Assembly (NCBI GenBank): GCA_965230295.1
Contig: OZ246001.1
Span: forward strand, 2,400,001-2,464,000
DNA from: Marinicella sp.
GTDB taxonomy: Bacteria > Pseudomonadota > Gammaproteobacteria > Xanthomonadales > Marinicellaceae
DNA: 64,000 nucleotides
Direction of reading: 5' to 3'
Position numbers and translations under genes: made by a program. The notes under the pieces were generated by a model. It was not told the DNA's origin. It did not search any database and saw only the letters and a list, made by a program, of their open reading frames with translations. How positions within the stretch are numbered: the first letter of the stretch is position 1; the number at the start of each line of letters is the position of its first letter. Positions 56,445-64,000 of the stretch are shown here, one piece after another.

Positions 56445-57380
56445 ATGGAAAATAACAACAACGAATTCCTCACTTTTCAGGACTTGATACTCAAATTACA
56501 AGAGTTCTGGGCAGCGCATGGATGTGTGATCATTCAGCCATTGGATTTAGAGGTGGGTGCAGGTACTTTCCACCCGGCCACTTTTTTGCGTTCAATCGGA
56601 CCTGAGCCTTGGAACAGCGCTTATGTGCAGCCTTGTCGTCGGCCCACTGATGGTCGTTATGGCGAGAACCCCAATCGATTACAGCATTATTATCAGTTTC
56701 AAGTGGTGCTGAAACCGTCACCCAAAGACATTCAGGAATTGTATTTGAAGTCGTTGGCGGCCATTGGTGTCGATACATTGGAGCATGACATTCGGTTTTT
56801 AGAGGACAACTGGGAATCACCCACTTTGGGTGCCTGGGGCCTGGGCTGGGAAGTGTGGCTTAATGGCATGGAAGTGACCCAATTCACCTATTTCCAACAG
56901 GTCGGCGGCCTGGAATGCAAGCCAGTGATGGGAGAGATTACCTATGGGTTAGAGCGATTGGCCATGTACCTGCAAAACAAAGACGGCATCTTTGATCTGA
57001 TCTGGGCAGAAACACCGAACGGCACAGTGACTTATGGTGATGTCTATCATCAAAATGAAGTGGAACAATCTGCCTATAACTTTGAACAGGCTGATGTGCC
57101 TGAATTGTTCAATGCATTCAATGAAGCAGAAAGCGCGTGTTTGAACTTAATTGAAAAAGAGTTGCCTTTACCAGCTTATGAAAAAGCTTTGAAAGCTTCA
57201 CACCTGTTTAATTTACTGGATGCACGCAAAGCCATCAGTGTTACCGAGCGTCAGCAATTCATCTTAAAGGTTCGTAACATGTCTAAACAAGTGGCACAAA
57301 TGTATTACCAGTCTCGTGAAGCATTGGGTTTTCCAGGTTTAAAGAATCAAGCTAAAGAAATTCAGCAGGAGGCGAAATAA
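56445..57380 (+). CDS. glyQ: Glycine-tRNA ligase alpha subunit
   Basis: [43 protein letters not shown]; TATAAT at 56408-56413 argues for the ATG at 56445. Confidence 0.97.
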   Translation: MENNNNEFLTFQDLILKLQEFWAAHGCVIIQPLDLEVGAGTFHPATFLRSIGPEPWNSAYVQPCRRPTDGRYGENPNRLQHYYQFQVVLKPSPKDIQELYLKSLAAIGVDTLEHDIRFLEDNWESPTLGAWGLGWEVWLNGMEVTQFTYFQQVGGLECKPVMGEITYGLERLAMYLQNKDGIFDLIWAETPNGTVTYGDVYHQNEVEQSAYNFEQADVPELFNAFNEAESACLNLIEKELPLPAYEKALKASHLFNLLDARKAISVTERQQFILKVRNMSKQVAQMYYQSREALGFPGLKNQAKEIQQEAK

Positions 57381-57382
57381 TC

Positions 57383-59485
57383 ATGGCTGATATTTTATTC
57401 GAACTGGGTTGTGAAGAACTGCCACCAAAAGCTTTGTATGGCTTGTCAGAATCACTGTTCAATGGTGTGGTCAAACAGTTAAAAACGGCTGGTTTCAGCT
57501 GGGATGAGAACCAATCACGGTGGTTTGCTTCACCCAGGCGCCTGGCCTTTCAATTGAGCAACATATCTGAACAACTGGCTGATCAGAGTATAGAGAAAAG
57601 AGGGCCGGCTGTGGCCGCAGCCTTTGATGACGCAGGTCATGCCAAACCAGCTGCCATGGGTTTCGCCCGTTCGGTGGGTGTTGAAGTATCCGATTTGACC
57701 AGGTTACAGACAGACAAAGGTGAATACCTGGCTTACACCGTTACCGAAAAAGGTTTGCAAATTGATCAAGTTTTGCCTGAATACATCAGTCAATCGATCA
57801 AACAATTGCCGATTCCAAAACCCATGCGGTGGGGGAGCAATGATTACAGTTTCATTCGCCCGGTCCATTGGATGGTCTTGTTAAAAGATGGCGATGTGAT
57901 TCCAATGGAATTGTTTGGTTTACAAACCAGCAACCAAAGTTTGGGGCACCGTTTTCATCACAATGAATATGTATCCATCCCACACGTCAATGATTACGTG
58001 CAAGTGTTACAAGACGCACACATCATGGTAGACCAAGATCAGCGGGAAAAGTTGATAGCCGAACAAGTCAAAGCCGCCGCTGCTTCCGTGGGCGGTGTGG
58101 CCAAAATCGGTGCCAACTTGCTGTCAGAAGTGGCCAGTATTGTTGAGAAGCCATCGGCGGTGCTGGGTCAATTCAGTGAAGACTTCTTGGCAGTACCCAA
58201 AGAAGCCTTGATTTCTTCAATGGAAAAACACCAAAAATATTTCCCGGTTGAAGACACCAATGGTCAACTCATGCCCTATTTCGTGGCTTTGGCCAACATC
58301 GATTCGACCAACCCAGCAGCTGTGAAAAAGGGCTTTGAAAAAGTCATCACACCGCGTTTGGCAGACGCCAGATTCTTCTGGGAGAAAGACCAAGCCAGAC
58401 CTTTGACCGATAACATCCCATTGTTGGAAAAAATGGTGTTTGAAAAGTCGTTGGGTTCCTATAAAGATAAATCAGATCGAGTTGCTACACTACTGCGGTG
58501 GATTGCGCCTAAACTAAAGTTCGACAATACAGAAAGTAATGAAGCTGCGACCTTGATGAAATGTGACTTGATGTCAGATATGGTCGATGAATTTCCTGAT
58601 TTACAGGGACTGATGGGAGGGTATTATGCAAAAGCTCAGAGTGATAACGGTACTCATCCTGTCAGCGACGATGTTTGGAAAGCGATTCGTGACCAATATC
58701 TTCCTAAATTTGTGGGTGATCAATTACCAGAAACAACTTTGGGGCAGGCATTGTCGATTGCCGATAAAATAGACACTTTATGTGGTATTTTCGCCGTGGG
58801 TAAAAAACCGAGTGGGTCTAAGGATCCTTTTGCTTTAAGAAGAGCTGCATTGGGTGTGATTAATATTCTGATAGATAAAGAATTAAATATCGATTATGAA
58901 GAATTGCTTTTTGAGGCAATTAAAATTGTTTCAGCACAAGTGACTGTTACGGATGAAACTAAAGAAGAAACTTTGATGTTTTTTAATGAAAGGTTAAGAA
59001 ATCAATTCGTAAACAATGGTTATTCACATGATGCCATTAGTGCAGCCAACCATGTCGGTACAACTACATTAACTAACCTTAAAGATCGATTGGATGCAAC
59101 AGAAGCATTCAAGCAGCAACCTTATGCTAAATCGTTGATTGAAGCAAATAAGCGATCAGTTAATATTATCGCAAAAGCCAATTTGGAAAAAAATCCTGCT
59201 GATCTAGCCCTCAATGTTGAGAAATTTGAATCTGAATTTGAGCAAAGACTACATGATGAAATAGCAAAAATTCAATCTGAATTCCAGACTTTGGTGAATG
59301 ATAAGGAGTATGGAAAAGGATATGAGTTGCTGTCATCTTTGGCAGAACCGTTGGATCAATATTTTGAACATGTGATGGTAAATGTGGAAGATGAAGAAAT
59401 TCGCCTGAACAGATTGGTTCAATTGGCACATTTCAGCAAATTAACCAGTTCAATTGCAGACCTGTCACAGTTAGTTAAAAGTTGA
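57383..59485 (+). CDS. glyS: Glycine-tRNA ligase beta subunit
   Basis: LFELGCEELPP, SPRRLA, MRWG, FIRPVHW, HQKYF, RLADARFF, EFPDLQG, GSKDPFALRR, NRL. Confidence 0.97.
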   Translation: MADILFELGCEELPPKALYGLSESLFNGVVKQLKTAGFSWDENQSRWFASPRRLAFQLSNISEQLADQSIEKRGPAVAAAFDDAGHAKPAAMGFARSVGVEVSDLTRLQTDKGEYLAYTVTEKGLQIDQVLPEYISQSIKQLPIPKPMRWGSNDYSFIRPVHWMVLLKDGDVIPMELFGLQTSNQSLGHRFHHNEYVSIPHVNDYVQVLQDAHIMVDQDQREKLIAEQVKAAAASVGGVAKIGANLLSEVASIVEKPSAVLGQFSEDFLAVPKEALISSMEKHQKYFPVEDTNGQLMPYFVALANIDSTNPAAVKKGFEKVITPRLADARFFWEKDQARPLTDNIPLLEKMVFEKSLGSYKDKSDRVATLLRWIAPKLKFDNTESNEAATLMKCDLMSDMVDEFPDLQGLMGGYYAKAQSDNGTHPVSDDVWKAIRDQYLPKFVGDQLPETTLGQALSIADKIDTLCGIFAVGKKPSGSKDPFALRRAALGVINILIDKELNIDYEELLFEAIKIVSAQVTVTDETKEETLMFFNERLRNQFVNNGYSHDAISAANHVGTTTLTNLKDRLDATEAFKQQPYAKSLIEANKRSVNIIAKANLEKNPADLALNVEKFESEFEQRLHDEIAKIQSEFQTLVNDKEYGKGYELLSSLAEPLDQYFEHVMVNVEDEEIRLNRLVQLAHFSKLTSSIADLSQLVKS

Positions 59486-59490
59486 TTAAG

Positions 59491-59515
59491 TGGAGAGGTG
59501 ACCTGCATCTCTCCA
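59491..59515 (+). terminator. Hairpin after glyS
   Basis: TGGAGAGGTG-ACCTG-CATCTCTCCA. Confidence 0.55.
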
Positions 59516-59645
59516 ATCATTTAAATAACAGATTAGGCTGTAAAAATCAGCCATAAATCCCCAAGAACATGCCTCCATTAGCTGGAATTGATCATGGTGT
59601 TATGTCATGATATGCCATCTATAATAATTATATAAAATAAAAGAG

Positions 59646-60596
59646 GTGAATATGGTGTTAAAGGTAGTCAATCAATCCAGAATGATTTGTCTGTTGGTGG
59701 TGTTTTTCAGTACAAATTCTGCGGCAAGGGGACAAGCAAACTGTGAGTATTTGCGAGACACTACCACACTGGGTGTAGAGCCTGATTATTGTATAGACAA
59801 CCCCTCCGAGTCAATCAAGTCACAGGCAACAGATTCAGTCCCTGATGTCGTTAAAAATGGAGTATCCGTACCTACCTCTTTTGGCTATGAATACAGAAGC
59901 ACAGATACCTTATTCACCCACCCTGTGAATGATTTTTCAACCCAAACAACCATAGGATCAATTCCTGATTCACTTCGAGCCATGGCTTTTAATGAATCAG
60001 CAAGTACTTTATATGCACTTGAAAATAATGCCAAAGAGTTAGTCATAGTTGACCAAATAAGTGGTGGCCTTACCACTGTTGGGTCATTGACCAATCTAGA
60101 TCCAGATGATGATTTAACCGGTATCGACATCGCTCCCGATGGGACCTGTTATGTAACAAGCAGTGATGAAATGACCAACACTTTGTATACTTGTGATTTA
60201 GCCACCGGAACACTAACAGTGGTGGGCTCCCAAACCATCACGCCATTTTTGGTTGGCATAGCCGCAGATTGTGAAGGTAATTTATACGGACATGACATCG
60301 CTGCTGACAGTATTTACAGCATTGACACTTCTGATGGGTCTGCCAGCCTCATTGGTGCTACAGGCATCAATGCCAATTTCACCCAAGATTTGACGTTTGA
60401 CCGCTATTCAGGCAACTTAATCGGGTACATTTATATTGAGCAAAGTATGAATGTATACGCGCAAATCGATGTTTGTACTGGCAACGCCACGCCAATCAAT
60501 ACAGATGATCCTTTGGGTGCTTATATTGGTGCTTCCAAAACAGACTGTGCATTGACTGAATTGATTTTCAATGATGGTTTTGACTCTGGTTGTTAA
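59646..60596 (+). CDS. Secreted Cys-containing beta-propeller-like protein with C-terminal ELIFNDGFD tag
   Basis: Signal peptide; blades LVIVDQISGGLTTVG, LYTCDLATGTLTVVG, IYSIDTSDGSASLIG, YAQIDVCTGNATPI. Confidence 0.78.
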   Translation: MNMVLKVVNQSRMICLLVVFFSTNSAARGQANCEYLRDTTTLGVEPDYCIDNPSESIKSQATDSVPDVVKNGVSVPTSFGYEYRSTDTLFTHPVNDFSTQTTIGSIPDSLRAMAFNESASTLYALENNAKELVIVDQISGGLTTVGSLTNLDPDDDLTGIDIAPDGTCYVTSSDEMTNTLYTCDLATGTLTVVGSQTITPFLVGIAADCEGNLYGHDIAADSIYSIDTSDGSASLIGATGINANFTQDLTFDRYSGNLIGYIYIEQSMNVYAQIDVCTGNATPINTDDPLGAYIGASKTDCALTELIFNDGFDSGC

Positions 60597-60837
60597 GGCT
60601 TCTTTAACATGAGAAAAAAACCGACACAAAGGCGTCGTTTTGGGGTCACAAATTATTAAAGTCAATTGGGTTTGGCTTGTGTGTTGGTCAACTTGAATTC
60701 AAATAGGTGTCGTGCGATTGGTATTTTGGTTGTGAACAAATACGATATTAACTGTCGTATTTTCAGAGCAATACAAAGCATGATAATGATTCTCAGTGAG
60801 ATTGATTCTTGATGAGTTATACGCATACAATGTGTTC

Positions 60838-63009
60838 ATGAGTTTTTTCAATGAATTAAAGCGTCGGAATGTGTTCCGTGTCACTGCAGCTTATGTGGTG
60901 ATTGGTTGGCTGTTATTACAAGTCGGCGATGTGGTATTTGAAGCCTTGGAAGTGGATGCCAGTGCCAATCGCATGCTGATGGCCTTTGTGTTGTTGGGAT
61001 TAATTCCAACCATTTTGTTTGCCTGGGCGTTTGAAATGACGCCAGAAGGTATCAAACGCGATAAAGATGTGGACCGGGATGAACAGAATGATCACCGAAC
61101 AGCAAAGAAATTAGACTATGTCACCATGGGTGTGTTGGTGGTGGTCGGTGGTATGAGTTTGTGGCAACACTGGAGTGATGAGCCAGCTGTCACTGAGGAG
61201 CCTGTAACAACCGCACAAAACACGGAATTGCCCGAATTGGTTATTGATGACAAATCTGTGGCAGTGTTGCCATTCACCAATGTGGCCAACACTGCAGACA
61301 ATGAACCATTCACTGTTGGAATCCATGATGATCTGATCACATCCTTGTCGAAAATTTCGGCTTTGAAAGTGATTTCCAGAACGTCGGTATTGAATTACCA
61401 GTCGGTAGACATGCCATTAGGAGAAATCGCAACCAAGTTGGGTGTTGCGCATGTGGTCGAAGGAGGCGTGCAGCGTGTAGGTAATCAAGTCAGGCTCAAT
61501 GTAAAGTTGGTTGACGCCATTACTGAAGAACCTCTGTGGGCAGAAACATTCAATCGGGAATTGACTGCAAGCAATATTTTTAACATCCAAACAGAGGTGT
61601 CTCAAGAGATTGCAAACGCCCTAAAAGCGCAACTGACTGATGCTGAAAAGCAGTCTCTGGAAAAACAACAGACAGATGATTTGGATGCCTACAATGCATA
61701 TCTGGCCGGCCGTCAGCGTTTACTGACCAGAAACACCCAGTCTTTGTATCAGGCACTGAGCCTATTCAACAAGGCCACTGAGTTGGATCCCAATTATGCC
61801 TTGGCCTATGTGGGCCAAGCCGACACCTGGAGTTTGTTGAATGAATACAGTGATGTGACCGAAGCAGAAATGATGGAAAACGGCCAACCGTTGTTAGAGA
61901 AAGCTTTACAACTGGACCCGAATTCAGCGGAAGCTCACACCAGTCAAGCCAATTATTATGCAGAAAAAGATGATCTGGAAGCCGCTAAAAATGCCTTTGA
62001 ACATGCCTTAAAGTTGAATCCGAATTATGCCACCACTTACCATTGGTATGGTAATTTGCTGGACAGAATGGGTGACAGAACCCAAGCCTTGGCCATGTAT
62101 CGGAAAGCCGCTGAATTGGACCCCATTTCACCCGTGATTCAATCTAACATTGGTTCGATATTGTCAGAGTCAGGCCGCCATCAAGAAGCGTTGGAGCAAT
62201 TTGATCGCATCATAGAGTTGGTTCCTGATTACCCTGGATCTGCCAGTGGTAAAGCTGGTGTATATTCCAACATGGGTGAATTGGATGAAGCCATCAAGTG
62301 GCAACAGATTGCCATCAAAAAAGACCCTGGTAATGTCTCAAGAAAAGCAGAATTGGCAGCCATGTATGTGGACCTGGGGTTGGTTGATTTGGCTGACAAA
62401 ACCATCCAGGAAATTAAACTCCAATCTCCAGGGTTTGAAAGACTGATTTATGTGCAAGCCTCATTAGAAATGTATCAAGGTCAGTATCAACAAGCTGCCG
62501 ATCGATTTTCAATGGCGTTTCAAAAAGACCCCACCAATTTCAGTTATCTTGGTAACCAAATATTTTACCAAATGCTGGTCGGTGAGCATCAAGCAGCCAT
62601 TGCAGGTTACTTGAAACTCTACCCAGGAAAAGAGGGCAAAGAGTTTGATCTGCGCATGGATAATTTTGACAGTACCATCAACTTGATTTGGTTGTGGCAA
62701 GTAACCGACGAACAGGACAAAGCATTAACTCTGTTGAATGATCTGGAGCAAATGTTGGCAGAATTCCCGGAACAAAACACCGATTTCAGACGTGCCATGA
62801 TTGCCGCGTTGAAGGGTGAATACGATGAATCCGCCCAATTGTTTTTCTCAGAATACAAAAGAGGTGCCAGCCGCGGCTTTTGGCGGGGAGATCATTTACC
62901 CATGCTCAAAGAAGTTTTGGCTTCAAAAGTCAGTCAAGATTTTGTTAACTTGTATGATTTCGAATTGAAACAACAAAGAAACCGGGTGTTGGCATTCAGT
63001 GACATATGA
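60838..63009 (+). CDS. Membrane-anchored TolB-like N-domain plus TPR-repeat protein
   Basis: MSFFNELKRRNVFRV, three TMs, WAFEMTPEG, KSVAVLPF, LKVISRTS, TPRs (ALxLDPN). Confidence 0.85.
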   Translation: MSFFNELKRRNVFRVTAAYVVIGWLLLQVGDVVFEALEVDASANRMLMAFVLLGLIPTILFAWAFEMTPEGIKRDKDVDRDEQNDHRTAKKLDYVTMGVLVVVGGMSLWQHWSDEPAVTEEPVTTAQNTELPELVIDDKSVAVLPFTNVANTADNEPFTVGIHDDLITSLSKISALKVISRTSVLNYQSVDMPLGEIATKLGVAHVVEGGVQRVGNQVRLNVKLVDAITEEPLWAETFNRELTASNIFNIQTEVSQEIANALKAQLTDAEKQSLEKQQTDDLDAYNAYLAGRQRLLTRNTQSLYQALSLFNKATELDPNYALAYVGQADTWSLLNEYSDVTEAEMMENGQPLLEKALQLDPNSAEAHTSQANYYAEKDDLEAAKNAFEHALKLNPNYATTYHWYGNLLDRMGDRTQALAMYRKAAELDPISPVIQSNIGSILSESGRHQEALEQFDRIIELVPDYPGSASGKAGVYSNMGELDEAIKWQQIAIKKDPGNVSRKAELAAMYVDLGLVDLADKTIQEIKLQSPGFERLIYVQASLEMYQGQYQQAADRFSMAFQKDPTNFSYLGNQIFYQMLVGEHQAAIAGYLKLYPGKEGKEFDLRMDNFDSTINLIWLWQVTDEQDKALTLLNDLEQMLAEFPEQNTDFRRAMIAALKGEYDESAQLFFSEYKRGASRGFWRGDHLPMLKEVLASKVSQDFVNLYDFELKQQRNRVLAFSDI

Positions 63010-63020
63010 CTTGATTGGCT

Positions 63021-63998
63021 TTAACAGAAGGAATTCAATGCTTTCAAATGAATTTCTTTGATACTTTCAGGCAAGAAACTGGCTTTGAATGAATTCTCTA
63101 TTAAAGTAAAGATCTCATCTTCTGATAAGCCCACAGCATCAGCCAATTGGTTGTAATTGTCGTTCACATACCCCCCAAAATAGGCGGGATCATCTGAATT
63201 GATGGTGGCCATCAATCCTTTTTTTAGCATTTTTTTGATCGGATGATGTTGCAGGTCATCAACCACTTTCAGTTTTAAGTTAGATAACGGGCAAACGGTC
63301 AATGCCAAGCCTTTGTGGGCAATTTGGGCGGTTAAGATGTCATCTTCCAGGCAGCGATTGCCATGGTCAATCCGATCAACTTTCAACAACTCGATGGCCT
63401 GTCTGACATAGTCAGCCGGACCTTCTTCTCCGGCATGTGCCACGACTTTAAAACCGTCATTTTTGGCTTGTTCAAACACCCTCTGGTACTTTTCAGGCGG
63501 GTGGCCCAATTCTGATGAGTCCAAACCAATGCCCAGTATTTTGTCACGATGAGCGTATATTTTTGGATACAGATCCAAGGCATCCTGTTCTGGTAAATGA
63601 CGCAAGAAACAAGCGATGATGTGGAAGCTGATGCCTAATTTATTCTGTCCATCATCAAAGGCGCGAAACAGGCCATTGATGACGGTGTCAAATTCAATGC
63701 CGCGATCCGTATGTGATTGTGGGTCAAAAAATATTTCAGTGTGAACCACATGATCTTGTTTGGCTTTTTCCAGATATGCCCAGGCCAAATCATAAAAATC
63801 TTGTTCGGTTTGTAGCACCGCACAACCCTGGTAATAAATATCCAGGAATTCTTGCAAGTTATTAAAATCGTACAAAGATTTAAGCGCTTCGATAGATTCA
63901 TAGGGTAAATCGATACCATTGCGTTCAGCGAGCTTGAACATCAACTCTGGTTCTAAACTGCCTTCAATGTGCATGTGCAGTTCAGCTTTGGGTAGCAT
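63021..63998 (-). CDS. Adenosine/adenine deaminase; may extend past the window end
   Basis: LPKAELHMHIEGSLEP, HAGE, RIDHG, CPLSN, NSDDPAYF. Confidence 0.93.
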   Translation of the reverse strand: MLPKAELHMHIEGSLEPELMFKLAERNGIDLPYESIEALKSLYDFNNLQEFLDIYYQGCAVLQTEQDFYDLAWAYLEKAKQDHVVHTEIFFDPQSHTDRGIEFDTVINGLFRAFDDGQNKLGISFHIIACFLRHLPEQDALDLYPKIYAHRDKILGIGLDSSELGHPPEKYQRVFEQAKNDGFKVVAHAGEEGPADYVRQAIELLKVDRIDHGNRCLEDDILTAQIAHKGLALTVCPLSNLKLKVVDDLQHHPIKKMLKKGLMATINSDDPAYFGGYVNDNYNQLADAVGLSEDEIFTLIENSFKASFLPESIKEIHLKALNSFC

Positions 63999-64000
63999 TT

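Overview
A gene-dense chromosomal window (about 43-46% GC by eye) from a marine gammaproteobacterium. Gene content suggests a Marinicella/Xanthomonadales-like lineage, which is an inference. Housekeeping genes are pth, a MetX-family acyltransferase, prmC, ettA, tex, uvrD, engB-cytochrome c4-dsbA-dsbA, relA, the RNase P RNA rnpB, glyQS and a deaminase. Regulators are a YtrA-type GntR/ABC operon, two ECF sigma/anti-sigma pairs, and ColRS-like and RegAB-like two-component systems. There is a large secreted/surface complement: exosortase H, an OmpA/Ig-repeat outer-membrane protein, S9A, M12B and S8 proteases, three tandem cell-surface paralogues, a beta-helix fibre with a small partner, and a beta-propeller. 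An AT-rich HipA/YjjJ-type kinase islet sits just upstream of glyQS. No CRISPR, IS, integrase, tRNA or rRNA was seen. The main signal is a 9-residue D/E-x-I-F-x-x-G-F-D/E peptide. It ends two unrelated secreted proteins, starts the mature part of a third, and appears as 3-4 degenerate tandem copies in the extracytoplasmic tail of an anti-sigma factor. This suggests a peptide-tag surface-display or sorting system with its own ECF feedback sensor. The N-tagged protein ends in a WDxxxWDxxxW motif and is paired with a phage-fibre-like protein, suggesting a tag-adapter-fibre module. All family calls are from motif recognition without database searches, and GC values are hand counts.
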